DNA of 64,000 nucleotides from Bradyrhizobium ivorense (GCA_943372745.1 CALRZV010000006.1:19985-83984); one strand, 5' to 3'; positions 41,360 through 52,054 are shown, counted from the first letter of the stretch. Translations and numbers: made by a program. The notes: generated by a model not told the origin, from the letters alone.

Positions 41360-42988
41360 CTACTCCGCAGGCACCGCCATCGGCGGTACTGCCATTTGCG
41401 GCGCGCCGTATTTCCCAGCCGCATACAGACCAGCCGCCACCACCACATAAGCGACTGCGACCCCCGGCGTGACGCCGAAGCCGACGGCTTCGCCATGCAT
41501 GAAGCCGAACCAGGTCATCACGGCGCCGGCAAATGCGAAACCTGCCGCCTTGGTGAACTCGCGGTCGATGATGAATACGCCGATGGCGCCGAGTACGAGG
41601 CCGCCGAGGATTGAGCCGCCGCCCATCACCTCCAGCCCGTGATACAACACGCCCTGTTGCGGCAGTGATGCGATCGCCGCGGTCTTGACCTCTCCCACCT
41701 TGTCCGCACCGAGCCCCGCAGCCTGCGCGGCGGTGAGCGTGGCGCCCAGCATGGTGTCGATCTGCAATTTACCCCAGGCTGCCAGATGCGGTGTGAAAGC
41801 CAGCACGATGGCGGGCGCATGTTTGAGCGGCGTGGTCTGGAACGCCTGCGCGCCGATCAGCATGCCGATGTATAAAAGGATCGGCGAGATCGCCACCACC
41901 GGCACCAGCGCCAGCAACACGGCGATGACGCCGAACCACGACAGCACCACGACCATAAGTCCGGTGGCGGCGGAATAGCCGATCCGGCCACCCATCGCCT
42001 TCCAGCCGGGATGGCCGATATAGACAGCGTTGATGAACGGGTTGCCCATCAGGCATCCGATCAGCGACACCACGCCATCGGCGGTCAACACCCGTGTGGT
42101 CGGATAGTCGTCGCCGGCGGCCTCGGCGGACTCCACATTATCCATTGCCTCGACGAGATCGTAGATGCCGAACGGTATAGCCGTCACCAGGATGATGCCG
42201 AGAAACTCGAACCCGGAGAAGACGGCGTTGAAAGCAGGCAGTGGCACGGAGAAGCCGAAATTGGCGAAGGCGTCGCCGACGCCTTTCACGCTGAGGCCGC
42301 CGATGCCGAGACCAAACAGGTTCGAGCCCCATGCGATGACCATGCCGACGGCGATGGCGATCAGGCCGGCCGGCAGGTTGCGGAAGTAAGTCACGCCGCC
42401 GAACCAGCTGAGCATGATGATAGCAAAACAGACCAGGCCGATCTGCGGCGTCATGTACATTTCGAGTGCCGGCCGCATCGAGATGAAGGTGACGGAGACG
42501 CCCGCCAATGTGCCGAGCAGCGCCGCGCGCGGCGTGATCTTGCGGATGTAAGGCGCGATGAAGCCGCCGATCATCAGGATGAAGCTCTGGAAGAAGACCC
42601 AGACGAGCCCGGCCGACCAGCCCTTCAAGGGATCGCCGGTCTTGATGGTGATCGGCAGCATTATCACGAAGGTCACGATGAACATGTGCGGGACGCTGAC
42701 GCCGGACGGCAATGCGCAGACGTCGCTACGGCCGGTCTTCTGCGCGAGGCGATAAGCGAGCCAGGCGTAGTACATGGTCGATAGACACATCATCAGACCG
42801 AGCGCCGGCAGGATGCGGCCGAACACCAGGCTGTCCGGCATCTTCAGCACGAAGCGCAGCAGGCCGGTCAGCACCAGCATGTTGACCAGAATATTGGTGC
42901 CGAAACCGAACAGCGCATTCCAGTCACCCGGTGTCCAAAGTGCCGGCTTGAAGCCGGGCGTCGTCGTCGTCCCCATGCTCGTCGTCAT
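41360..42988 (-). CDS. Multi-pass permease, NCS2/AzgA-like, uncharacterised
   Basis: 542 aa with 12 or more hydrophobic segments, [31 protein letters not shown]-coupled to the cysteine hydrolase. Confidence 0.8.
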   Translation of the reverse strand: MTTSMGTTTTPGFKPALWTPGDWNALFGFGTNILVNMLVLTGLLRFVLKMPDSLVFGRILPALGLMMCLSTMYYAWLAYRLAQKTGRSDVCALPSGVSVPHMFIVTFVIMLPITIKTGDPLKGWSAGLVWVFFQSFILMIGGFIAPYIRKITPRAALLGTLAGVSVTFISMRPALEMYMTPQIGLVCFAIIMLSWFGGVTYFRNLPAGLIAIAVGMVIAWGSNLFGLGIGGLSVKGVGDAFANFGFSVPLPAFNAVFSGFEFLGIILVTAIPFGIYDLVEAMDNVESAEAAGDDYPTTRVLTADGVVSLIGCLMGNPFINAVYIGHPGWKAMGGRIGYSAATGLMVVVLSWFGVIAVLLALVPVVAISPILLYIGMLIGAQAFQTTPLKHAPAIVLAFTPHLAAWGKLQIDTMLGATLTAAQAAGLGADKVGEVKTAAIASLPQQGVLYHGLEVMGGGSILGGLVLGAIGVFIIDREFTKAAGFAFAGAVMTWFGFMHGEAVGFGVTPGVAVAYVVVAAGLYAAGKYGAPQMAVPPMAVPAE

Positions 42989-43716
42989 CGCAAAGCTCCC
43001 GCCAGCCTGTGTGAAGTCTCCATCGCATTTTCGGAATTGCCGATGGCATCGAGCACGGCGGCGGAGTCCGCGACCCAGCCGAAGATGCCGCCCTGGGCCT
43101 TGATCATTCTCAGGCCCATCTCGTGGAATTCGGGAAAGTAGGATGCGCAGCCATCGGCGATAACGATGCAGCGATAGCCGCGGTCATTGGCCTCGCGCAC
43201 GGTGGTGTTGACGCAGACTTCCGTGGTGACGCCGCAGACGAGCAACGTGTCGATCTTGCGTGCTTCGAGGTCGCTGCCCAGCGACGTTGCGTAGAAGGCG
43301 CCCTTGCCGGGCTTGTCGATGACGATCTCGCCTTCGATGGGATAGAGTGCGGGGATGATGTCATGACCGGCCTCGCCACGGATCAGGATACGCCCCATCG
43401 GGCCGGGATCACCGATCCGCAGGCTCGGTGCGCCGCGTTGGATCTTGGCGGGTGGGGCATCGGAAAGATCGGGCAGGTGGCCTTCGCGGGTGTGGATCAC
43501 CATCATGCCGCGATGGCGCGCGGCCGTCAGCAATGCGGCGATGGGAGCTACGGCGCGAGTGAGCTGCGAGACGTCGTTGCCCAGCGTTTCGCCGAAGCCC
43601 CCCGGCTCCATGAAGTCGCGCTGCATGTCGATGATAAGCAGGGCAGTGGAGGCGAGATCGACGTCGATCGGACCGGGCTCGGCCGCGACTGTGATTTGTC
43701 CCGTAGCATCCGCCAT
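42985..43716 (-). CDS. trtA: Isochorismatase-family cysteine hydrolase, triuret hydrolase (TrtA)-type
   Basis: Asp-Lys-Cys triad (IIDMQ, DKPGK, EVC). [25 protein letters not shown] match my recollection of TrtA rather than BiuH. Confidence 0.75.
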   Translation of the reverse strand: MADATGQITVAAEPGPIDVDLASTALLIIDMQRDFMEPGGFGETLGNDVSQLTRAVAPIAALLTAARHRGMMVIHTREGHLPDLSDAPPAKIQRGAPSLRIGDPGPMGRILIRGEAGHDIIPALYPIEGEIVIDKPGKGAFYATSLGSDLEARKIDTLLVCGVTTEVCVNTTVREANDRGYRCIVIADGCASYFPEFHEMGLRMIKAQGGIFGWVADSAAVLDAIGNSENAMETSHRLAGALR

Positions 43717-43751
43717 GGCCATCTCCGCGCGCGTATCGCTCACGGATATCA

Positions 43752-43767
43752 AGCAAGGCGTGTGCCA
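43752..43767 (-). promoter_or_regulatory. Sigma54 (-24/-12) promoter
   Basis: Minus strand reads TGGCAC-ACGCC-TTGCT, ending 35 nt upstream of ATG 43716. Confidence 0.85.
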
Positions 43768-43893
43768 TTGTACACAACGCGGGATGTTTTAGGTCGCAAA
43801 TACAGGGCTATAAATTTCAGAGGGTTAGGCGCGGAGGCCTAAATGCTCAAATTTACGCCCGCGCCGACTTGCCTAAAACGCAACCGGCAATGC

Positions 43894-44700
43894 TCAATCC
43901 CAACCCGTGCCTGCGATCCCGGGATTGGCGTAGACGATGCCGCCATCGACCGCGAGCGTGGTGCCGACGACATAGTCCCCGGCGCGTGAGGCGAGGTAGA
44001 TCGCGGCGCCGGCTATGTCCTCGTCGGTGCCGATACGGCCGGCTGGGACTTTGCTTGCCACGTCATCCGCATGGTCGCGCGCGGCGGTGTTCATGTTGGA
44101 CTGGAACGGACCCGGCGCGATGGCGGTAACCACCACATGATCCTTGATCAGCTTGGCCGCCATTCGTCGGGTCAGATGGATCAGGCCGGATTTGCTGGCT
44201 GCATAGGAATAGGTCTCCAGCGGATTGACGAAGATGCCATCGATTGAGGCAATGTTGATCACCTTGGCCGGACGCGCCGCGGAGCCCGCCGCGCGCAGCG
44301 GCGCGGCCAGTGCCTTGGTAAGGAAGAAAGGCGCCTTGACGTTGAGCGTCATCACCTTGTCCCAGCCGCTTTCGGGAAAATCGTCGAACTCCGCCCCCCA
44401 GGCGGCGCCGGCATTGTTGACCAGGATATCGAGCTTCGCCTCACGCTTCTTGATCTCACCGGCAAGCATCTCGATGCCGGTCATGGTCGAGATATCGATC
44501 GGCAATGCAATGCATTCGCCCGCATAGGCCTCGCTCAGCTCCTGCGCCGTGGCTTCGCAGGCGGCTGCCTTTCGCGCGGTGATATAGACCTTCGCAGCAC
44601 CCTGGCTGAGAAAGCCCGCAGCGATCATCTTGCCGATGCCGCGCGAGCCGCCGGTGACCAATGCGACGCGGCCCTTGAGCGAAAACAGATCCGTGAACAT
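43894..44700 (-). CDS. SDR family oxidoreductase
   Basis: TGGSRGIG, LVNNAG, YAASK. Start reset to MFTDLF. Confidence 0.92.
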   Translation of the reverse strand: MFTDLFSLKGRVALVTGGSRGIGKMIAAGFLSQGAAKVYITARKAAACEATAQELSEAYAGECIALPIDISTMTGIEMLAGEIKKREAKLDILVNNAGAAWGAEFDDFPESGWDKVMTLNVKAPFFLTKALAAPLRAAGSAARPAKVINIASIDGIFVNPLETYSYAASKSGLIHLTRRMAAKLIKDHVVVTAIAPGPFQSNMNTAARDHADDVASKVPAGRIGTDEDIAGAAIYLASRAGDYVVGTTLAVDGGIVYANPGIAGTGWD

Positions 44701-44886
44701 GACGCTTCCCGCTTGTTCGTTGTTTGTGGTGATCGTAGCCCGGATGGCGCGCAGCGCAAATCGGAGCCGCGGCGTCTTGCTCATGACGTGCGGCCGCTCT
44801 CTCTCCGCCAGCGGATCGATGGAGGACGGCGATTGCTCTGATTCGAAGTGGGCTTGGCCCAGCGGCGGGGTTTCTCGGTCGCCAGA

Positions 44887-45942
44887 TCAGCCCTGGCCAG
44901 TTCGCTGAAAGCCGTTCCACATCGCGGTGGCAGCGCCCGAAGTCAGCACCGGCAGGTAACGCTTGTCCTGATAGTTTCCATTCAGCGACACGCGCGGCAG
45001 CGCCGTGAGCAAAGTCGAATTCTCGGCAGCGATCACACCGGGCCGTGTCGTCACTGCGGTCTGAAAACCGGCGGCTTGTGCCAGCGCGAATTCGCGGCTG
45101 CCTGCAGCAGCACGATCGCCATAGGGATAGGCCAGATGCAGGGCAGGCTTCTGCAGGGCGTTTTCGATATTGGCGCGGCTCGCCGTCAGCTCATGGGTCA
45201 CCACGGCCTCGGTCTGCCGGGCGAGATTGCAGTGGCTCAGCGTATGCGCGCCGATGGTCACCAGCGGGTCGGCGGCAAACGGTTTGAGCTCGTCCCAGGA
45301 CAGGCAGAGTTCGCGGCTGATCGTCTCCCCGTCGATTCCGGCCTGCTGGCACAGCGCGGTCATCTCTCGGCGCAGATCGGTCTCGTCGAGGCTGCGCAGC
45401 CAGCCGTGCAGGCGGTCGAATCCCATTTCCTTTTCCGGCAGCGAGGCGGTTGCGATGCGCACCATCCGGCCATCGATAGGCGCTTCGAGAGTAGAGGCCT
45501 GTGCGACCACGCGCTCCAACGCTACCCACCACAGGCGGCCGGTGCCGGAAGCAAAATCGCTGGCGACGAAAACGGAGAAAGGGGCGTCAAAGTCCCGCAT
45601 CGCCGGCAGCATATGATCGCGATTATCCCTGTAGCCATCATCACAGGTGAAGCAGGCGAAGCGGCGCGTGAAATCTCGTTCCGTCAGGCGACGGCTCATC
45701 TCGTCGGAGGTCACGATATCGACATCGGTGGCGCGCAGATAAGCCAGCGTCGCGCGCAGAAAGTCGGGGGTGATCTCAAGATGGCGGTTGGGCTGGAATG
45801 CACCGGCATGGGCGGGGCGGACGTGATGCAGCATGAAGATCGTGCCGACGCCGCCAAAAAAAGGACGCAGCACACGATGCGCGCCGCTGAAATAGAGCGC
45901 ATCCAGCCCGGCACGAATTATCGTGTTGCGAATCTGCTTCAT
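44887..45942 (-). CDS. Polysaccharide deacetylase (NodB homology)
   Basis: TCDDGY, GAHTLSH, AYPYG, LPRV. Confidence 0.88.
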   Translation of the reverse strand: MKQIRNTIIRAGLDALYFSGAHRVLRPFFGGVGTIFMLHHVRPAHAGAFQPNRHLEITPDFLRATLAYLRATDVDIVTSDEMSRRLTERDFTRRFACFTCDDGYRDNRDHMLPAMRDFDAPFSVFVASDFASGTGRLWWVALERVVAQASTLEAPIDGRMVRIATASLPEKEMGFDRLHGWLRSLDETDLRREMTALCQQAGIDGETISRELCLSWDELKPFAADPLVTIGAHTLSHCNLARQTEAVVTHELTASRANIENALQKPALHLAYPYGDRAAAGSREFALAQAAGFQTAVTTRPGVIAAENSTLLTALPRVSLNGNYQDKRYLPVLTSGAATAMWNGFQRTGQG

Positions 45943-46106
45943 TTTGTGACCTAGCACTTGGGCGCGATCCACGAACATGATCAGGAACAGCTCAACAAAG
46001 CGTTATTCCAATACCCCGGGCGATGCTAGGGGCGGAGCCTCGATTTCAGTTTGACAGTCCCGCAAGGGTTTGTTTTCTCTCTATTTCCATTCCCGCAGGA
46101 CGTCTA

Positions 46107-47510
46107 ATGCACGGTTTTTACAGGTGGAGCGCCAAGTGGTGGCCCGGGCTCGTTCCACTCGCGGTCCTCTGGGCCGTGGCTGCCTGGTTCAGCACGCCGG
46201 TTCTCGAGGCCAATCTAACCTCGCGCAGTACCGAGGCGCTGAAAAGCACCGTGCTTGATAAAACTCAGATTTCCGTCGCCGGCCGCGACGTTAATTTCGC
46301 CGCGGAGGCGTTCTCGGAAGAGGGGCGCCGCAGTGCCGTGGGTTCCGTCGAGGCGGTGCCGGGGGTGCGTCTGGTCAATGACGGCACCCGGCTGGTGGCC
46401 GAAGCCAAGCCGTTTGTGTGGGTCGCCGAGCGCGACAATGTCCGTGTCACCCTGTGGGGCACGGCGCCGTTGCCGGCCAGCAAGGCGCGCATTGCCGAAG
46501 CGGCCAAGACAGCGCTCGCTGGAACTGAGGTCTCGGATCGCATGGGCCTCAAGCGCGGCGCGCCACCGCGTTTCGATGGTGCTGCGGTGCTGTTGCTCGA
46601 ACAGGTCGCCAAGCTGAAAGAAGGCAAGGCGACGATCATGGACGCCAATGTCAGCATCACGGGCATGGCCCGCGATCTCGGCGGACGTGAAGCCATCGCG
46701 GCAGCCCTGAAGAACCTGCCGGAAGGGTTCACGGTCGCCGCCAACGATGTGAAGGCGCCGCCTTATGTGTTCCGGGCCAACAAGGATCCCGTGGCGAATA
46801 CGCTGACATTGAGCGGCTATGTGCCGGACAACAACGTGCATGCAGCTCTGGTGGCTGCTGCCCAGCGCAAGTTCACCAATGACAAGGTCGTCGACAATCT
46901 GAAGGCCAGCATCGGTGCACCTGGCAATTTCGCACCCGCGGTGACCTCGGCGCTCGGCGCGTTGTCGCGGCTGTCCACGGGCACGCTGGTTGTCAATGAT
47001 CGCGAAGTGAAACTGTCGGGCGATGCGCTTTATGAAGCCGCAGCCGAACAGATGCGAGCCGGACTCGCGACGGAGCTTCCGCAAGGCTGGACGGCGAAGC
47101 CGGAGATCAGTGTGAAGCCTGCGGCAGCGCCGGTGGATGCCAGCGTCTGCCAGCAATTGTTCAATCAGAACCTGACCAAAGGCCGCGTCCGCTTCGAGAC
47201 CGCCAGCGCCAGCATCAACGCCGACTCAGCGGGCTTGCTCGATCGGCTGGTGGAAATCGCCATGCGGTGCCAGACCACCAAATTCGACATCGTCGGCCAT
47301 ACCGACAGCGACGGCGATCCTGCGTTCAATCAGACCTTGTCCGAGAAGAGGGCTGCGGCCGTCGAGGATTATCTGATCAAGGCCGGGCTGCCGGGCGACC
47401 GTTTCGAAGCGATCGGCTACGGCGCCACCCTGCCGCTCGCAACCAACGACACGGAAGACGGCAAGCTCCAGAATCGCCGGATCGAATTCGTGGTGAGGCC
47501 CAATCCATGA
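46107..47510 (+). CDS. Membrane-anchored BON/B-domain plus OmpA-C protein (Rv0899/ArfA-like)
   Basis: N-terminal TM, BON-like repeats (VTLWGTAP, LTLSGYVP), OmpA-C motifs GHTDSDG, LSEKRA, GYG, NRRIEF. Confidence 0.85.
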   Translation: MHGFYRWSAKWWPGLVPLAVLWAVAAWFSTPVLEANLTSRSTEALKSTVLDKTQISVAGRDVNFAAEAFSEEGRRSAVGSVEAVPGVRLVNDGTRLVAEAKPFVWVAERDNVRVTLWGTAPLPASKARIAEAAKTALAGTEVSDRMGLKRGAPPRFDGAAVLLLEQVAKLKEGKATIMDANVSITGMARDLGGREAIAAALKNLPEGFTVAANDVKAPPYVFRANKDPVANTLTLSGYVPDNNVHAALVAAAQRKFTNDKVVDNLKASIGAPGNFAPAVTSALGALSRLSTGTLVVNDREVKLSGDALYEAAAEQMRAGLATELPQGWTAKPEISVKPAAAPVDASVCQQLFNQNLTKGRVRFETASASINADSAGLLDRLVEIAMRCQTTKFDIVGHTDSDGDPAFNQTLSEKRAAAVEDYLIKAGLPGDRFEAIGYGATLPLATNDTEDGKLQNRRIEFVVRPNP

Positions 47511-47806
47511 CCATTGTTGCGACGCTTCTCTGGGGCTGGCTGCTGGGCGCCTTTCTGATCGGCTTCTGCATGGGCTGGATCGCTGTGGTCTATCGCGGGC
47601 CGTCGGTGCCGAAGGTCTGGATCCGGCGATTGTCCGTGCTTGCCGTCGTGGTCGTCGCCATCGCCGTGGCGAAACTGGTGCCCGGGCGCTTCGGCTACTG
47701 GTTCGACCTTGGTATTGCGCTGTTCGGTTTTTATCTGTTGGGCTGTGCCGTTGGCTCGTGGCTGCGCGATATCGTGGTGACGCGGCAGCAGGCCCGGTTT
47801 CGCTGA
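47507..47806 (+). CDS. Small three-TM membrane protein (99 aa)
   Basis: ATGA overlap with the upstream stop. MTIVATLLWGWLLGAFLIGFCMGW..., strongly hydrophobic. Confidence 0.8.
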   Translation: MTIVATLLWGWLLGAFLIGFCMGWIAVVYRGPSVPKVWIRRLSVLAVVVVAIAVAKLVPGRFGYWFDLGIALFGFYLLGCAVGSWLRDIVVTRQQARFR

Positions 47807-48189
47807 CGATTGCGGGGTAGTCAGGCTCGGCGACGCCCTTAGCCGTGCCGATCAAAGCGCCGTCTTCAGTCTCTGCAGGATACCATCGTCGCTCTGTCAT
47901 CAAATCGGCGACCGCGAATGACACAAGCCTGTTGCTAGAAGGGAGACCTGCGGCGGGTCGGCATTTTGCCGCAGCGTGCCGGCGCCCTGGAATGAGATGT
48001 TTGGCCGCGCTTAATCGCCTGAGCGGGCACGCTTTTATTCACGCAACCGGTTTCCGTTTGGCACCGAAACGCGCTACGAGGGTTGTGCTGGAAACGGTGT
48101 GGCGAACGTGGTGAGGTAACGGCTCCGCGACAGCGGATCTGGTTAGACTGGCCGACGTCCCAGAGCCTGGGATCGCATTCGAGGTTGAG

Positions 48190-49239
48190 ATGCTGGAAGC
48201 AATACGCAGGACGGCCACGTTTCTGCGCGAGAAGCAAATCCTGCACAAACTCGGTGTTCTCATCAGCGTCGCGGTGATCGGCGTGGCGTGCTGGATGCTT
48301 TATCACAAGCTCCGTAACGTCGATACCGCGCGGGTCCTGAAGTTCATCGCCGAGACGGAGCCGCGGCTGATCGTGTTGTCGGCCCTGTCGGTGACGGCCG
48401 CCTATTTCACGCTCACTTTTTACGACTGGTTTGCCGTACGGCACATCGGCCGCAAGGACGTGCCCTACCGCATCAATGCGCTGGCCGCCTTCACCAGCTA
48501 CTCCATCGGTCACAATGTCGGCGCCAGCGTCTTCACCGGGGGTGCGGTGCGCTATCGCATCTATTCGGCGTGGAATCTCTCCGCGGTGGATGTCGCCAAG
48601 ATCGTGTTCCTGGCCGGGCTCACCTTCTGGCTCGGCAATCTCGCGGTGCTCGGCATGGGCGTCGCCTATCACCCCGAGGCGGCCAGTGCGATCAACCGGG
48701 TGCCCCCTGCGATCAATCGCGTTCTGGCCTATGCAGTGCTGGCCGGCCTCGCCGGCTATGTCGTCTGGGTGTGGATGAAGCCGCGCAGCGTCGGCCGCGG
48801 GCCGTGGTCGGTCATCTTGCCAGGCGGACCGCTGACGCTGTTGCAGATCCTGATCGGTATCGTCGATCTCGGCTTTTGCGCGCTCGCCATGTATATGCTG
48901 GTGCCGAACACACCCGGCGTCGATTTCGTTACGGTTGCGGTGGTATTCGTGACGGCGACGCTGCTGGGTTTTGCCAGCCATTCGCCGGGCGGTCTGGGCG
49001 TGTTCGACGCTGCGATGCTGGTCGGCCTGGAAATGATGGACCAGGAGCAATTGCTGGCCGGCATGTTGTTGTTTCGGGTCCTTTACTACCTGTCTCCGTT
49101 CTTCATTTCAGTCATGCTACTGACGTTTCGCGAGCTTATTGTCGGCGCGCGATCGAAGAAGCTGCAAGCGGTCGCAACACAGGCACAGCCTCATACGGTG
49201 CGTCCATTGAACGATCATGGGAGCTCCGGTGCCGGCTAG
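48190..49239 (+). CDS. YbhN/UPF0104 membrane protein (MprF flippase-domain-like)
   Basis: LTFYDW, SYSIGHNVG, GAVRYRIYS, SPGGLGVFD, FRVLYY. Confidence 0.85.
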   Translation: MLEAIRRTATFLREKQILHKLGVLISVAVIGVACWMLYHKLRNVDTARVLKFIAETEPRLIVLSALSVTAAYFTLTFYDWFAVRHIGRKDVPYRINALAAFTSYSIGHNVGASVFTGGAVRYRIYSAWNLSAVDVAKIVFLAGLTFWLGNLAVLGMGVAYHPEAASAINRVPPAINRVLAYAVLAGLAGYVVWVWMKPRSVGRGPWSVILPGGPLTLLQILIGIVDLGFCALAMYMLVPNTPGVDFVTVAVVFVTATLLGFASHSPGGLGVFDAAMLVGLEMMDQEQLLAGMLLFRVLYYLSPFFISVMLLTFRELIVGARSKKLQAVATQAQPHTVRPLNDHGSSGAG

Positions 49240-49327
49240 GCCGGGCGGCTTGCAGCCATTCGAGATCGCGTCGCAAGATGTTGCCAAACAGGTCGCGGGA
49301 CTAGACGCCAGGAAAGATACCGATCAG

Positions 49328-50626
49328 ATGGCCGTCGAAGCTTCCCCAACGTCGATGTTCGCGCCCTGGCCGGACCGCCTGCGCCATGCCGCGATCATCC
49401 TGCTGGTTGCGGGTCTTGCGCTGGTGGCGCTGGTGCTGTTCGGCGAATTGACGCCATTGCGCGCCGTCATCGTCTTCGCCTGTATCGCTGGCGCCGCATT
49501 GGTGCCGTGGCGCCTGCACGACAGCGATGCCAAGCGGGATGAGGCGCTCGTCAGTCCGGTCGAACAGCCTGCGGTGCGGAGCATCATCGAGGGCATTCCG
49601 GACCCCGCCGTGCTGCTCGATCGCGCTGGCCGCGTGATCCATCTCAATGCCGCTGCCGCACAGCTTGCGCCCGCCCTGCGTAAAGGCGAACTGGCGCAAT
49701 TCGCGCTGCGCTCGCCCGAGATCATCACGGCCTTGCGCGAGGCGATCGCCAATACCGAACCGCGCCGCACGTCTTACCTCGATCACGTTCCGGTCGATCG
49801 CTGGATGGATCTGGTCATTACGCCGATCGCCGTTCCCACAGCCTTCGGCGGCAATGACACCTGCATGCTGATGACGTTCCATGATCAGACCCCGATCCGC
49901 CGGGTCGAGGAAATGCGCGCCGATTTCGTCGCCAATGCGAGCCATGAGTTGCGCACGCCGCTGGCGGCGCTGTCAGGCTTCATCGATACGCTGCAGGGAC
50001 CCGCGAAGGACGATCCGAAGGCGCGCGAGCGCTTCCTCGGCATCATGCACACCCAGGCTGCGCGCATGGCGCGGCTGATCGACGATCTGCTGTCGCTATC
50101 GCGGGTCGAGTTATCCGCCCATGTCCGACCGGATACGATGATCGACCTGTTGCCGATCATCCGCCAGGTCGGCGACAGTCTGGAACTGCTGGCCACCGAG
50201 CGAGGTGTGACCATCGACATGGATCTGCCGGAGGGGACAGTTTTCGTCGCGGGCGACCGCGAAGAACTGCTGCGCGTGTTCGAAAATCTGATCGAGAATG
50301 CGTTGAAATACGGTGCTTCGGGTGGTCGCGTGAAGGTGACCCTGACGGATGCAGCGTCCACGGACGGCGCCTCGGAAATTCGCGTCGCGGTCCGCGATTT
50401 CGGTCCCGGCATCGCGCCGGAGCATCTGCCGCGACTGACCGAGCGCTTCTATCGCGTGGATGTCGGCGACAGCCGTTCGCAGGGAGGAACCGGCCTCGGC
50501 CTGTCGCTGGTCAAGCACATCCTGAACCGCCACCGTGGCCGGCTGCTGATCGAGAGTGTGCCCAACCACGGCGCGACCTTCACAGCCGCGTTTCCGCAGA
50601 CGAAAACTGCCGAGCCCGGCGTCTGA
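49328..50626 (+). CDS. phoR: Phosphate-regulon sensor histidine kinase
   Basis: PAS domain, FVANASHELRTP, NLIENALKY, DFGPGI, RFYRVD, GTGLGLS. Directly before pstS. Confidence 0.92.
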   Translation: MAVEASPTSMFAPWPDRLRHAAIILLVAGLALVALVLFGELTPLRAVIVFACIAGAALVPWRLHDSDAKRDEALVSPVEQPAVRSIIEGIPDPAVLLDRAGRVIHLNAAAAQLAPALRKGELAQFALRSPEIITALREAIANTEPRRTSYLDHVPVDRWMDLVITPIAVPTAFGGNDTCMLMTFHDQTPIRRVEEMRADFVANASHELRTPLAALSGFIDTLQGPAKDDPKARERFLGIMHTQAARMARLIDDLLSLSRVELSAHVRPDTMIDLLPIIRQVGDSLELLATERGVTIDMDLPEGTVFVAGDREELLRVFENLIENALKYGASGGRVKVTLTDAASTDGASEIRVAVRDFGPGIAPEHLPRLTERFYRVDVGDSRSQGGTGLGLSLVKHILNRHRGRLLIESVPNHGATFTAAFPQTKTAEPGV

Positions 50627-50914
50627 TCGCCTCGCCCGAACTGATCAGCATTTTTGCTTCAATCGCCGCATGCGGAGCCAACCCGAGCCAAACGGTTTTC
50701 GGGGCGGTCCGCGCCTCGATTACGCCTGTGACCTGATGGTACCGCCAAGTGCGGGCGAAGGCCGGATTCCTTGCGTGGAAACATGTTGTTAACGCCTTCA
50801 GCCATGCCTTTTAGGTCGCTTGGCTGCCGTTATGGCTGTCGTCGGAGACGCAGCTCAACGGGCTTCTATCAGCTATTTGGAATCCAAAAACGTAAGCATA
50901 TCAGAGCGTTGCCT

Positions 50915-50954
50915 GCGTCATCCAACTGTCATCTCACTATCATAAAAGCACAAT
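50915..50954 (+). promoter_or_regulatory. Pho box array upstream of pstS
   Basis: Heptamers at exact 11-bp period: GCGTCAT (50915), CTGTCAT (50926), CTATCAT (50937), GCACAAT (50948). Confidence 0.85.
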
Positions 50955-51028
50955 CGACTGGTCCTAGACGATCGGGTGAGCGCAATCGGGCGCATCGGCG
51001 CGTCGCTCATGAAACATTGGAGATCTCC

Positions 51029-52039
51029 ATGAAATTCCTCAAAGCGATCGTCGCTGCGGGCCTCCTGGCCGCATCGACCTCGGCCTTCGCCGCGGACATC
51101 ACCGGTGCCGGCGCCACCTTCCCGTTCCCGGTCTATTCCAAGTGGGCTGACGCCTATAAGAAGGAAACCGGTAACGGCCTGAACTACCAGTCGATCGGCT
51201 CGGGCGCCGGCATCAAGCAGATCCAGGCCAAGACCGTGACATTCGGCGCCACCGACGCGCCGCTGAAGGCCGAGCAACTCGAAAAAGACGGTCTGGTTCA
51301 GTGGCCGATGGTGATGGGCGCGATCGTTCCGGTCGTGAATCTCGAAGGCATCAAGTCGGGTGAACTGGTGCTGTCGGGCGAAGTGCTGGCCGACATCTAT
51401 CTCGGCAAGGTCGCCAAGTGGGACGACGCCGCCATCGCCAAGCTCAATCCGAACCTGAAGCTGCCGTCGGCTGCCATCACCGTGGTTCGTCGTTCGGACG
51501 GTTCGGGCACGACCTTCAACTTCACCGACTATCTCTCGAAGGCATCGGCTGACTGGAAGTCCAAAGTCGGTACCGGTACCGCCGTCGAGTGGCCTGTCGG
51601 CGTTGGCGCCAAGGGCAACGAAGGCGTTGCGGGCAATGTCGGCCAGACCAAGAATGCCATCGGTTACGTCGAATATGCTTACGCCAAGCAGAACAAGCTG
51701 ACCTATGCCGGCATGATCAACAAGGCTGGCAAGCCGGTGCAGCCGACCGTAGCCGCGTTCCAGGCTGCTGCTGCCAATGCCGACTGGGCCAAGGCTCCGG
51801 GCTACTACGTCATCCTGACCGACCAGCCGGGCGAAGCTTCCTGGCCGATCACCGCTGCGACCTTCATCCTGATGCACAAGACCCCGGCCGACAAAGCTGC
51901 GTCCGCCGAGGCCATCAAGTTCTTCAAGTGGTCGTTCGAAAAGGGCGACAAGGCTGCCGAAGAGCTCGACTACATCCCGATGCCGGACTCGGTGGTCAAG
52001 CTGATCGAGACAACCTGGTCGTCGGATATCAAGAGCTAA
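51029..52039 (+). CDS. pstS: Phosphate ABC transporter substrate-binding protein
   Basis: Signal peptide, [27 protein letters not shown]. Confidence 0.96.
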   Translation: MKFLKAIVAAGLLAASTSAFAADITGAGATFPFPVYSKWADAYKKETGNGLNYQSIGSGAGIKQIQAKTVTFGATDAPLKAEQLEKDGLVQWPMVMGAIVPVVNLEGIKSGELVLSGEVLADIYLGKVAKWDDAAIAKLNPNLKLPSAAITVVRRSDGSGTTFNFTDYLSKASADWKSKVGTGTAVEWPVGVGAKGNEGVAGNVGQTKNAIGYVEYAYAKQNKLTYAGMINKAGKPVQPTVAAFQAAAANADWAKAPGYYVILTDQPGEASWPITAATFILMHKTPADKAASAEAIKFFKWSFEKGDKAAEELDYIPMPDSVVKLIETTWSSDIKS

Positions 52040-52054
52040 GACGTCAGCTCTTGC

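Noticed and set aside
48059-48074. TGGCAC resembling a sigma54 -24 box upstream of the YbhN-like gene
   Set aside because: No TTGC or GC at the required -12 spacing.
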